Origin: a virus
Direction: 5' to 3' (one strand)
Virus record (IMG/VR): IMGVR_UViG_3300045988_146126
DNA: 43,696 nucleotides
Each line of letters begins with the position of its first letter. Within the stretch, counting starts at the first letter, position 1. The notes below the pieces were generated by a model. The model made no database searches, was not told the origin of the DNA, and was given only the letters and a program-made list of their open reading frames with translations. Made by a program: the position numbers and the translations under genes. Below, piece by piece: positions 1 to 8,756 of this stretch.

Positions 1-119
1 GACATTAGGAAGCTCGCCTCTGAAGGCTTTACCAGACGAGAGACGGCAGACAAGCTCGGGATTAGCTATGATGCGCTTCAAGGTAAAGCAAAACGGCTTG
101 GCATCGAGTTCCAAAAACC
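1..119. repeat. Terminal direct repeat, copy A (identical to 43578-43696)
   Basis: Base-for-base identity read directly: gacattaggaagctcgcctctgaagg...gagttccaaaaacc. Confidence 0.95.
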
Positions 120-1122
120 GCTAAAGAATGAATACGATTCAGACGGCACACAGTCCAGTGAAACCATTATAAAAGTTGTCAGGGGTCACAAAATGACGCC
201 TAGAGAGGTTTTAGAAGCTCACGGGTATGATTACACCAAGTGGGAGCTTGTACGTGCCACAAGCAATTTTTGGAAGCAGACGCCTGAAGCGACATTGTAT
301 CAAAGCAAGATACAAATCAGGCCGCTAGTTGAAGCAGAACAATATGAATCATTGATGAATGACATCATCACACACAAGGAGCCGTATCAAGCTAAGGCTC
401 CTATTTTTGTGGAATCAGATCGCTATTTGGTCATTCCTGCTTTTGATACACATTTCAACGGCCACACATTCGACCTCTATGCTGAATCGCTTAAACGGCA
501 ACTAGAGATCATTCAACGCGGCCACTACGCCAAAATATTGCTCATTCTGGGCGGTGATCTTGCTCATGTGGATAATATCAACTCGACCACAGCAAAGGGC
601 ACACAGCTCGAAACAACTGACCTAGGCGAGACTGTGAACGAAATGGAGCAATACTTCGAGACACTGATTGAAGCAATCATTAAGAATGCCAATGAGTGTG
701 AGGTCATGTATGCGCCAGGTAACCACGACCCGTCAGTTGGATATATGTTTGCACGTCTATTGAAACGTGCCTACAGCAACCAGTCGAACATCACTTGGGA
801 TATATCACTGAAGCATTACAAAGGCACAATGTTAGGCCATAACTTCATTGGCGCCACTCATGGTGATAAAGGTAAGAACAACTACCTTGCAAAATATCTT
901 GATGAGTTCGGCTTCATGTTAGGCACAGCACAGAATCGCGAACTGTTCACGGGGCATCTCCATTCAGAGATGAGTAAAGACTTAGGCGGATTCGTTCAGC
1001 GTCAAGTATCAACGCGGAAACCTACGGATAAGTGGACAGATGATATTGGCGTGGTTGCTCACAAAACGTTTGAGCTGGTCGAATACAGCGATCATGATAC
1101 GAGGGCGATCTACTATGTCTAA
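1..1122 (+). CDS. HTH-fused calcineurin-like metallophosphoesterase (3' 374 codons; true start 43551 across the junction; about 382 aa in total)
   Basis: Frame 1 is open from base 1 to TAA 1120-1122. All five metallophosphoesterase motifs are readable in order: FDTHFNGH (DxH), GGDLAH (GD), PGNHD (GNHD), ATHGD (H) and TGHLH (GHxH). Confidence 0.8.
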   Translation, partial: DIRKLASEGFTRRETADKLGISYDALQGKAKRLGIEFQKPLKNEYDSDGTQSSETIIKVVRGHKMTPREVLEAHGYDYTKWELVRATSNFWKQTPEATLYQSKIQIRPLVEAEQYESLMNDIITHKEPYQAKAPIFVESDRYLVIPAFDTHFNGHTFDLYAESLKRQLEIIQRGHYAKILLILGGDLAHVDNINSTTAKGTQLETTDLGETVNEMEQYFETLIEAIIKNANECEVMYAPGNHDPSVGYMFARLLKRAYSNQSNITWDISLKHYKGTMLGHNFIGATHGDKGKNNYLAKYLDEFGFMLGTAQNRELFTGHLHSEMSKDLGGFVQRQVSTRKPTDKWTDDIGVVAHKTFELVEYSDHDTRAIYYV

Positions 1123-1501
1123 TGGAATGAAGCGAGTCGGTTACGGATATGTAAGCCGAACAGAGCAATCAATCATTGAGAAATTATCGAGAGAAGAAAA
1201 ACATATGCACCATAAAGAAAAGCTTGAGGTACCACCATTTACTGGCAAACTTGATGAAGCTAATGGACACTATGCAATTGTATTTACGAAGCCTGATTGC
1301 AGTAAGTGCCGTCAAACGATTCGGATGCTATCGCGTTCAATCATGGTAAACCACTATCAAGCTGATGAGACAGCGATTGAATACTTTAAACGTATGGGCA
1401 TACGCTCTATGCCAGTCGTATTTATCTTTGACCACTACGACATCATAGATGAATGGTGCGACTTGCGGGTTGACAAGATCAAACAATATACGGAAGGCTA
1501 A
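1115..1501 (+). CDS. NrdH/glutaredoxin-like thioredoxin-fold protein with an N-terminal extension
   Basis: ATG 1115 overlaps the upstream stop (ATGTCTAA) and GAGGG lies 9 nt upstream. It has the redox motif KPDCSKCRQT (CxxC), then RSMPVVF and W..LR, as in NrdH-type redoxins. Confidence 0.65.
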   Translation: MSNGMKRVGYGYVSRTEQSIIEKLSREEKHMHHKEKLEVPPFTGKLDEANGHYAIVFTKPDCSKCRQTIRMLSRSIMVNHYQADETAIEYFKRMGIRSMPVVFIFDHYDIIDEWCDLRVDKIKQYTEG

Positions 1502-1537
1502 GAGTTCGTACAAATGCGGGAGGTGTGGTGATATGTA

Positions 1538-2071
1538 ATGCGACTGACAGCAAAACAGAAGAAGTTCGTTGATTCTTATATTGCTGATAGCAATGCCACC
1601 AAAGCGGCACTAGAAGCAGGATACAGCAAAAGAACGGCTAGATTTGTCGGTGCAGAAAACCTAACAAAACCTAACATTAAAGCTGCCATCGATGAACGCA
1701 TGAAACGCATCGAGTCTGACAAGATTGCCAAGGCTGCTGAGGTGCTTCAATACTTCACCACAGTGCTTCGTGGAGAGGCAAAAGAGACGATTATAGTTGG
1801 CACTCCAGATGGCGCAGAATCTGTTGAAAACGAGCCAAGCATCAAAGACCGCATGGCAGCAGGACGCGAATTGTTAAAGCGTTACCCTGGTAATGATGAG
1901 CTGCTCAATGCTCAGCTAACGAAGATTATTACTGATATTGAGAAAACTAAGGCCGATGTTCGCAAGTCTAAAGCTGAGGCTGACATCATGGAAGCCAAGG
2001 CCAAGTTGCTTACTGATGCAGGTGCACAAGACAGGACGGTGATTGTCGATGACGTCCCAGAAGATGATTAA
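1538..2071 (+). CDS. terS: Terminase small subunit (P27/Terminase_2-type)
   Basis: SD GGGAGGTG lies upstream. The N-terminus LTAKQKKFVDSYIADSNATKAALEAGYSKRTARFVGAENLTKPNI is the signature HTH of this family. It sits directly upstream of terL. Confidence 0.85.
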   Translation: MRLTAKQKKFVDSYIADSNATKAALEAGYSKRTARFVGAENLTKPNIKAAIDERMKRIESDKIAKAAEVLQYFTTVLRGEAKETIIVGTPDGAESVENEPSIKDRMAAGRELLKRYPGNDELLNAQLTKIITDIEKTKADVRKSKAEADIMEAKAKLLTDAGAQDRTVIVDDVPEDD

Positions 2072-3404
2072 GTTAAGCAAGATGGTGCAACCACATTTCT
2101 ATCCGTTTTGGAATTCAAGGGCACCATATTTGATACTTAACGGCGGTCGTGGCTCATTTAAATCATCGACAGTTAGTCTGAAGCTTGTCATGATGCTGAA
2201 AAGGCAAGCGCAAGAAGGCCATAAAGCTAACATCATTGTCATTCGAGAGAACACGGTTAACTTGCGTGATACTGTATACAGCCAAATCGGTTGGGCAATT
2301 GACATGCTCAAAATGACAGACGAGTTTTTGTTCAACGTATCGCCTATGCGCATAACGCATCGTGGAACTGGTAGCACATTCTACTTCTATGGCGGTGACA
2401 AGCCTGAAAAGCTGAAGTCTAACACCGTTCGTAACGTGATTGCTGTGTGGTATGAAGAAGCAGCCAACTTCAAATCTGCTGAAGTGTTTGACCAAACTAA
2501 TCCAACCTTCATTCGACAGAAATCACCATGGGTTGATCAGGTTCAAGTCTTCTACACGTATAACCCACCAAAGAATCCATATGACTGGATTAATGAGTGG
2601 ATTGATAGTGTTAGAGGAGACAACGATTTCTTCATCGACAAATCAACTTATCTCGATGATGATCTTGGATTCACTGACGAACAGCAGCTTAGACTGATCG
2701 ACAAGTATAAGGCCAATGATTACGACTACTACCGGTGGCTGTATCTTGGTGATGTGATTGGATTAGGAACCAACGTCTACAACATGGATTTGTTTCATAG
2801 GCTGGATGAGGTGCCAAGCAACGATCCAATTAGGCGTCTCGTGTTCTCAATCGACGCTGGTCATATTAATAGCGCAACCACGTGCGTGGCTGCCGCTGTT
2901 ACGGCCAAGAACAACCTGATCGTACTAGACACCTATTACTATTCTCCAGCTAATCAGAGCGTGAAGAAGGCACCAAGTGACCTTGTGCCAGAGATAAAGT
3001 CGTTTATTGATAAGGTAAGGTCAAAATACAATCATCCCGTGCTTAAATACACGATTGATTCTGCTGAAGGTGCGCTGAGAAACGAGTTTGTTAAAGAGTT
3101 CGGCATTCGCTGGCATGGCATTGTCAAGGGCAAGGAAGCTGACATGATTGACTTTGTGTCTAACTTACTTGCTCAAGGACGTGTGTTCTACTTGGACAAT
3201 GACGACAACAAGATATTCATCTCAGAACATCAGCAATACCAGTGGGATGAGAAGACCGCACATTCTGACGATCCACACGTAATTAAAGAGCACGATCACA
3301 CGGTCGATGCTTTCAAATATATGGTAATGGACAACGCCGGACAGTTGAAACTTAGCCAGGCCAACAAGGCACGAGCATTCAAGAACACAAGCAAATACTT
3401 CTAA
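2049..3404 (+). CDS. terL: Terminase large subunit (PBSX/XtmB-like)
   Basis: The ORF is open over 2043-3404. It has the deviant Walker-A-like motif LNGGRGSFKSS near the N-terminus, and its size and position are typical. Candidate ATGs are 2049, 2064 and 2082 with no clear SD, so the start is uncertain. Confidence 0.85.
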   Translation: MTSQKMIKLSKMVQPHFYPFWNSRAPYLILNGGRGSFKSSTVSLKLVMMLKRQAQEGHKANIIVIRENTVNLRDTVYSQIGWAIDMLKMTDEFLFNVSPMRITHRGTGSTFYFYGGDKPEKLKSNTVRNVIAVWYEEAANFKSAEVFDQTNPTFIRQKSPWVDQVQVFYTYNPPKNPYDWINEWIDSVRGDNDFFIDKSTYLDDDLGFTDEQQLRLIDKYKANDYDYYRWLYLGDVIGLGTNVYNMDLFHRLDEVPSNDPIRRLVFSIDAGHINSATTCVAAAVTAKNNLIVLDTYYYSPANQSVKKAPSDLVPEIKSFIDKVRSKYNHPVLKYTIDSAEGALRNEFVKEFGIRWHGIVKGKEADMIDFVSNLLAQGRVFYLDNDDNKIFISEHQQYQWDEKTAHSDDPHVIKEHDHTVDAFKYMVMDNAGQLKLSQANKARAFKNTSKYF

Positions 3405-3408
3405 GGAG

Positions 3409-4836
3409 GTGGCCATCATATTAACAGTTCAAGGTAAAGGATCAATCACAGACGGTGACGTATTTATTTTTCCAGTAGACACAGCTATTACTGGGGACGA
3501 TATCACCAATTTCATTAGTGCAAACGATGAACTAGCTCGCAGAAAATATCTGCCTGCTAAAAAGATGTATCTTGGCAAGCACAAGATTCTTCATGAAGAT
3601 GCCAAAGGCCACGGGCCAGACAATCGTCTTGTCGGAAACTTGGCGCACTATATCGTGGATACCTACAACGGGTTTTACATTGGCATTCCACCTAAGATCA
3701 CGCTCGACAACACACAGGACAACGCTGTGCTACAAGAGTGGAACGACACAAACAGCGTTCAGGACAAATTAAGCGAAATCAGCAAGCAAGCATCCATTTA
3801 CGGACGGGCGCTTGCTTTTTTGTACCAAGACGAGAACAGCAATACGTGTATTGCATACAGTTCACCTATCAATTCATTCATCATCTATGATGACACGGTA
3901 GCACGCAAAGCTATTGCATTTGTCATGTATTGGCATGATGAAGACAACAATTTAACTGGCAAGGTGTATCTGAAAGACGGCATATACGCCCTTGATATGG
4001 TTCGCTTTGAAGGGATAGACGGATTTAACCCGTTTAACGAAGTACCAGCAGTTGAGTTCTTCATGAATACCGAGCGTCAAGGCATCTTTGAGAACGTTGA
4101 GACGCTAATTGATGCACTGGACAAGGTGCTAAGCCAAAAGGCAAACCAGAATGAATACTTTGACAACGCGTACTTGGTTATCAGGGGCATGAGCTTGCCA
4201 GAGGATGATGACGGAAATCCAAAGCTTGATCTTAACGGCAACCAAATCATCTATTCGCCAGATGCTGACTCTACTAACGGTGTGGCCGAGTTTCTGACCA
4301 AGCCTGATGGTGATGCCATTCAAGAGCACCTTATTGACCGCCTCATCAGCATGATCTATCAGATCAGCATGGTGGCCAACTTGAACGATGAAGCATTCAG
4401 CGGCAATAGCTCTGGTGTTGCATTGCAATACAAATTGCTACCAATGCGCAATCTAGCGGCCAATCAAGATCGTAAGTTCACACAGTCACTCCGGTCCCTT
4501 TACAAGATCGCATTCAGTGTTGGGACAATCCTTCCAGAAAGCAAAGCCGATGACTGGCAAAAGCTTAACTTCACATTCTCGCGAAATCTTCCGGAGAACA
4601 TTATCGACGAAGCAGACGCGGCTTCTAAACTCAAAGGCCTTGTATCAGATCAGACTATGCTCAGCACATTATCATTTGTCGATGATCCCAAGGCCGAAAT
4701 GAAACGCATCGCTGATGAGACCGCCCAGAAAGCAAAAAACGCTGCTGCTAACAGTCCGTCAAGCCCTGACTTCCAGAAATTGCTGAATGGTGGTGGCAAT
4801 GATGACAACAACGACTCAACAACAGATAGCGAGTAA
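3409..4836 (+). CDS. Portal protein (SPP1 gp6-type)
   Basis: A 475-aa ORF immediately after terL, with a YLGKHKIL-type N-terminal region and an acidic/Asn-rich C-terminal tail. The only conventional start near the SD is GTG 3409, which overlaps the SD AAGGAGG (3403-3409). Confidence 0.85.
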   Translation: MAIILTVQGKGSITDGDVFIFPVDTAITGDDITNFISANDELARRKYLPAKKMYLGKHKILHEDAKGHGPDNRLVGNLAHYIVDTYNGFYIGIPPKITLDNTQDNAVLQEWNDTNSVQDKLSEISKQASIYGRALAFLYQDENSNTCIAYSSPINSFIIYDDTVARKAIAFVMYWHDEDNNLTGKVYLKDGIYALDMVRFEGIDGFNPFNEVPAVEFFMNTERQGIFENVETLIDALDKVLSQKANQNEYFDNAYLVIRGMSLPEDDDGNPKLDLNGNQIIYSPDADSTNGVAEFLTKPDGDAIQEHLIDRLISMIYQISMVANLNDEAFSGNSSGVALQYKLLPMRNLAANQDRKFTQSLRSLYKIAFSVGTILPESKADDWQKLNFTFSRNLPENIIDEADAASKLKGLVSDQTMLSTLSFVDDPKAEMKRIADETAQKAKNAAANSPSSPDFQKLLNGGGNDDNNDSTTDSE

Positions 4837-5788
4837 TTCTGCCTACTGGAATAAGCGAACTGCCGCTGAACGTAAATGGATTGCCGAGAACCTTAAGAAT
4901 GACGAGGCGTTCAATTCCCGAATTCAGGAATATTTTGACAAAGCTTTAAACAACATTCAAAAGGATATTGATTCAGAGTTTGCCAAGTATGCCGCATACA
5001 GCAACGACAGTATGGCCGGTGCGCGTCAAGCAGTGATGGCCACCGATATTAAAGCATATCAAGCAGAAGCCAAGCGGATCGTCGATGATGCCAGAAAGAT
5101 GTACAACGGCGAACCGCTCAAATATTCCGACTTCAGCAAGGATGTCAATGATCGTCTCAAGCTATACAACGCTACCATGCGCATTAATCGCTTAGAAATG
5201 CTCAAGAGTGAGATTGGTCAAGAAATGCTTGATGCACACATGAAAGTGAACGTCGATTTAATCTCAAAATTGAGTGATGATTATCAATCCGAGATCAAAC
5301 GGCAAGCCGGAATACTTGGAGAGACGGTATCTAAGGGCGGCTACACTGATTTAGCCAAGTTACTCTCCAAACGAGAGGGAGATTACACCTTCTCACAGCG
5401 CATCTGGATCAACCAAGACATTCTTAAGGCTGAACTGGACGAGCTACTGACTGCCGCCACCATTCAAGGACAGAGCCCACTAAAGATTGCTCGCAAGTTA
5501 CGCGGTCAAGTGGCAGAAACGGTGAACAATCACCGCTATGTGACAGAACGAATTGCACGTACTGAGTCAGCTCGAATTCAGACACAGGCGCAATTAGATA
5601 GCTTCAATAAGTTCGGCTATGACTATTGCAAATGGGTAGCTGAACCAAGCGCGTGTGATGTATGCAAGGAGATTTCAGAAGGTGGCAGAACTGGTAGAGG
5701 CATTTATCGTGTAGACGATGTGCCAGATATTCCAGTTCATCCCAACTGCCGATGCTCCATTGCGGCATATGCGCCAGATGATGATTAG
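4799..5788 (+). CDS. Minor head morphogenesis protein (SPP1 gp7 / Mu F-like)
   Basis: It follows the portal gene. The C-terminal motifs RIARTESARIQ and CDVCKEISEG...VHPNCRC are typical of this family. The start is ATG 4799/4802 after GGTGGTGG; ATG 4787 is also possible. Confidence 0.8.
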   Translation: MMTTTTQQQIASNSAYWNKRTAAERKWIAENLKNDEAFNSRIQEYFDKALNNIQKDIDSEFAKYAAYSNDSMAGARQAVMATDIKAYQAEAKRIVDDARKMYNGEPLKYSDFSKDVNDRLKLYNATMRINRLEMLKSEIGQEMLDAHMKVNVDLISKLSDDYQSEIKRQAGILGETVSKGGYTDLAKLLSKREGDYTFSQRIWINQDILKAELDELLTAATIQGQSPLKIARKLRGQVAETVNNHRYVTERIARTESARIQTQAQLDSFNKFGYDYCKWVAEPSACDVCKEISEGGRTGRGIYRVDDVPDIPVHPNCRCSIAAYAPDDD

Positions 5789-5797
5789 GAGGAAATC

Positions 5798-6025
5798 ATG
5801 AAAATGCCAGAAATCGAAATTGATAATCAGATGCTGGTCAGTACGATTAAGAGCATCGCCAAGGATTTGAATTCTGATGAGGTCATCAAGATTGAAATTG
5901 ATGCAGTTGGGAGAGAAAACTCCAAAGACATCATCATCAAAATCAGAACTGAACCGAAGAGCGAAGAAGGCTTATTTCAGCAACATTTTGAAACTGGCCA
6001 GAAGCTGAACATCTCACTTGAATGA
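5798..6025 (+). CDS. Hypothetical protein (75 aa)
   Basis: Strong SD AGGAGG with a 5-nt spacer to ATG 5798. It is tightly packed with its neighbours. Confidence 0.6.
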   Translation: MKMPEIEIDNQMLVSTIKSIAKDLNSDEVIKIEIDAVGRENSKDIIIKIRTEPKSEEGLFQQHFETGQKLNISLE

Positions 6026-6035
6026 GGAGGACGAA

Positions 6036-6359
6036 ATGAAATTACCAAAATCAGTATTAATTGATGACGTTGAATATACAGTATCAACCGCAAGCTCAGA
6101 TGAACTTCAAAAAGAAGCGCTTTCACCAGACAATATTATTGGTGCCTGCAACTGCAACAATCAGACCATTAAAGTATCGGACTCGATTAATGAAGGCAAC
6201 GTCAAGGTTACATTGCTACACGAGATCATTCACGCCATCTTGTCTGAACGTGGTCTTAATGACCAGTGCGAAGATGAGATGCTTGTGGACAATATGGCAC
6301 ATGCATTACGCATGTTAGCCAAGCAGAACCCTGAGCTGATCAAGGAGGTATTGTCATGA
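6036..6359 (+). CDS. Small putative Zn-metallopeptidase (HExxH)
   Basis: SD GAGGAGG lies 5 nt before ATG 6036. Only the motif LLHEIIHAIL (HExxH) is recognisable. Confidence 0.55.
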   Translation: MKLPKSVLIDDVEYTVSTASSDELQKEALSPDNIIGACNCNNQTIKVSDSINEGNVKVTLLHEIIHAILSERGLNDQCEDEMLVDNMAHALRMLAKQNPELIKEVLS

Positions 6360-6637
6360 ACCCGGAAGACTCGCAAACGCGTGAAAGCATTAAAAAGCGC
6401 CTGCTTGATTTGGCAGTAGAAGCGAACAGCATTAAAGACAATGAGTTGGCAGTGGCTATTCTGTCTGCGTACAATCAGTGCCCAGACAACGTGACCGTGC
6501 ATAACGGCGTTTTGTATATGAATGGTAAGCCGCTTTCTATTTCAGCCGCAACGTTTGCCGATGAAATGGCAGCACCAATCAAACACGAGCTTGATAAACG
6601 ATCTAGAGACGCACAACGCCGTAAAGGATTTTTATAA
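6356..6637 (+). CDS. Hypothetical protein (93 aa)
   Basis: ATGA start/stop overlap with the upstream gene. It is followed directly by a terminator hairpin. Confidence 0.55.
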   Translation: MNPEDSQTRESIKKRLLDLAVEANSIKDNELAVAILSAYNQCPDNVTVHNGVLYMNGKPLSISAATFADEMAAPIKHELDKRSRDAQRRKGFL

Positions 6638-6660
6638 GCCGCAGCTAGCGGCTATTTTTA
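6637..6660 (+). terminator. Intrinsic terminator inside the head module
   Basis: Stem AGCCGC / loop agcta / stem GCGGCT, followed by ATTTTTA. Confidence 0.6.
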
Positions 6661-6754
6661 TACCATCAAGTCCAAGCGTGATCGACTCTAAAAGCTCCGG
6701 TAAATTAAGACGCAAGCCTGATCCGTCTAAAAAGCTGTGGAAGGAGTTCTTAAC

Positions 6755-7396
6755 ATGATTCCCAAGATTTTAATGCCTATGAATTTGCAATTTTTCGCTG
6801 CAGATAACCCTCAAGGCGATCCGAAAGATCCAGTCGATCCGCCTAAGCCAAAAGATGGTGATCCGGTAGATCCTCCTGAAGGTAAGAAGCAAGGAGAACC
6901 GGCTGACCCTGATCCTGATGGTAAGCACGTCTACACAGATGAACAGGTCAATGAAATCGTCAAGAAGCGTCTTGCTCGTGCCGAGAAGGAAAAGCAAGCT
7001 GCTGTTGACGAGGCTGCAAAGCTGGCCAAGATGAATGCCGACCAGAAGAAGGACTATGAGCTAGAAAAGGCTCAAAAAGAGCGAGACGAACTCAAGTCAC
7101 AGCTTGCCACCTACGAAATGGGCAAACAGGCTCGATCGATGTTTGAGGAAGCCAAGCTGACAGTCACCGAGGACGATTTGCAGCACGTTGTAACGCCAGA
7201 GGCAGAATCTACTGAGGCGAATGTAAAGTGGCTCATTGCGCATGATCAGGCAGTGGCTGAAGGTGTTCGTCAAGAGTTGCTTAAGGGCAGCACACCCAAA
7301 ACGCATGGTTCAAAGGTGGAGACTCCGGGCGCGGCATTTGCCAAACAACGGAATCAGCAGAGCCAAGTTGTTAACGACCCATGGAAACAAAAATAA
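6755..7396 (+). CDS. Scaffolding protein with an L27-like N-terminal NLQFFA motif
   Basis: SD GGAAGGAG lies 8 nt before ATG 6755. It has a Pro/Asp-rich linker followed by a long charged coiled-coil-like segment, and it lies upstream of the capsid genes. The N-terminus is MIPKILMPMNLQFFAADN. Confidence 0.75.
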   Translation: MIPKILMPMNLQFFAADNPQGDPKDPVDPPKPKDGDPVDPPEGKKQGEPADPDPDGKHVYTDEQVNEIVKKRLARAEKEKQAAVDEAAKLAKMNADQKKDYELEKAQKERDELKSQLATYEMGKQARSMFEEAKLTVTEDDLQHVVTPEAESTEANVKWLIAHDQAVAEGVRQELLKGSTPKTHGSKVETPGAAFAKQRNQQSQVVNDPWKQK

Positions 7397-7408
7397 GGAG
7401 GTATTTTT

Positions 7409-7723
7409 ATGTACGCAGGTAAAAAGGTAACCGCATCTGAGATCAACTTCTTGGATAGCGAGAAATTCGTTTCGTTCACACACCAAGCTGATAGTTCAAC
7501 CACTGGTGTCGTAGATGGCGTATTGCCAGCAGGCTCTATCTATCCAAAGAACGATGCAACGGCAGTCGGTGTAACCATTAATGATGTTGACGTCAGCGAA
7601 GGTCCTCAGCCGGTAGGCGTCATCGTTGAAGGATATGTGAATGCAGCCCGCTTGCCAGTCAAGCCGTCCGCTGATGCTATCACTGCGCTGAAAGAAATCA
7701 AATTCAGCCACGTTTCTGACTAA
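7409..7723 (+). CDS. Head decoration-like protein (positional analogue of lambda gpD)
   Basis: SD AAGGAGG. A 104-aa ORF directly upstream of a gpE-like capsid gene. The segment TAVGVTINDVD...VGVIVEGYV is loosely gpD-like. Confidence 0.5.
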   Translation: MYAGKKVTASEINFLDSEKFVSFTHQADSSTTGVVDGVLPAGSIYPKNDATAVGVTINDVDVSEGPQPVGVIVEGYVNAARLPVKPSADAITALKEIKFSHVSD

Positions 7724-7736
7724 GGAGGATTAACTT

Positions 7737-8756
7737 ATGCCAGCTATTTTAGATTTGTTTAATCAAAAGACGGTTCTTGATTACGTTCAAAACCGCCAGT
7801 ATCCGCAATTACTTGGGGACACCTTGTTCCCATCAACCAAAATTAATCAGTTGGATTTTGAATTTCTTCGTGGTGGGTCTAAGACGCCTATCGTGGCATC
7901 TATTTCTGCATTCGATACGGAAGCGGAGATTGGCAGTCGTGAAGCGAGCGTTCAGGCCGCTGAACTCGGCTATATCAAACGCAAGATGCAGCTTAAGGAA
8001 AAGGACCTGATCGCATTACGCAATCCGCGCACACCGGCTGAACAGAACTACCTGACCAGCCTTGTGTACAACGACTTGGATGTTTTGGTTCAAGGCGTTT
8101 ATGCACGCGTTGAAAAGATGCGCATGGAGGCTTTGGCAACTGGGAAGATCACCATCAATGAGAACAATCTCAACTTCAATGTTGATTACCATGTTCCAGA
8201 AGAACACCAAGTTGCTGCAACTACTTCTTGGGATGCTGATGGTGCTGATCCGATTAAGGACTTGCAAGACTGGTTTGCACTGCTCGACTACGTGCCAACG
8301 CGAATCTTGACTTCTTCCAAGGTACAGACTGCCCTGATTCGGAGTAAAGCATTTGCTGACTACTTCAAGACAGCAGGTCTGTTGCCTAGTGTTGGCAGTC
8401 TCAATGCGGTTATGCAGTCGTTCGGCTTGCCAACCATCGTGACGTATGATGCCAAGTACCGCAAGCAGGGAGCTAACGGTATCTATACCGTTGAACGGTA
8501 CTTCCCAGAAGACACCTTGGTAGCATTTGGCGATGACCAGCTCGGGCAAACCGTTTATGGTCCTACCCCTGAAGAGTCCCGGCTGATGGCAACTCCGGGT
8601 GTTCAACAGGGCACTGTTGGTAATGTGTTCACCACTGTTTACGAGACCACGCAGGACCCAATCGCAACTTGGGAAAAGGCAGCAGCCACTGCACTTCCTA
8701 GCTTCCCAGAAGCTGAGAACGTCTTGCAAGCCAAGGTACTGATCCCAAAACCTTAG
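7737..8756 (+). CDS. Major capsid protein (lambda gpE-like)
   Basis: SD AAGGAGG. A 339-aa ORF with the N-terminus LDLFNQKTVLDYVQNRQYPQLLGDTLFP, typical of Phage_cap_E-type capsids. It ends at TAG 8754-8756 just after a slippery heptamer. Confidence 0.85.
   Translation: MPAILDLFNQKTVLDYVQNRQYPQLLGDTLFPSTKINQLDFEFLRGGSKTPIVASISAFDTEAEIGSREASVQAAELGYIKRKMQLKEKDLIALRNPRTPAEQNYLTSLVYNDLDVLVQGVYARVEKMRMEALATGKITINENNLNFNVDYHVPEEHQVAATTSWDADGADPIKDLQDWFALLDYVPTRILTSSKVQTALIRSKAFADYFKTAGLLPSVGSLNAVMQSFGLPTIVTYDAKYRKQGANGIYTVERYFPEDTLVAFGDDQLGQTVYGPTPEESRLMATPGVQQGTVGNVFTTVYETTQDPIATWEKAAATALPSFPEAENVLQAKVLIPKP
8744..8750 (+). promoter_or_regulatory. -1 frameshift slippery heptamer C CCA AAA at the end of the capsid gene
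   Basis: It is in X XXY YYZ register with the capsid frame. The -1 frame is open for 90 further codons. Candidate downstream helices are CCGG-cca-CCGG (8759-8769) and TAGCGCCG (8754-8761) with CGGCGCTA (8806-8813). Confidence 0.6.

Noticed and set aside
1040-1114. Upstream extensions of several track ORFs (1040, 9321, 35920, 39233, 27991, 33851)
   Set aside because: These are in-frame read-ins from the 3' ends of neighbouring genes. In each case a downstream ATG/GTG/TTG with a properly spaced SD gives the more plausible start, and I used those starts in the feature list.
8016-8729. 237-aa minus-strand ORF inside the major capsid gene
   Set aside because: It lies entirely antisense to a well-supported capsid gene. 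It has no ribosome-binding site and its Cys/Arg-rich composition is atypical of real proteins.
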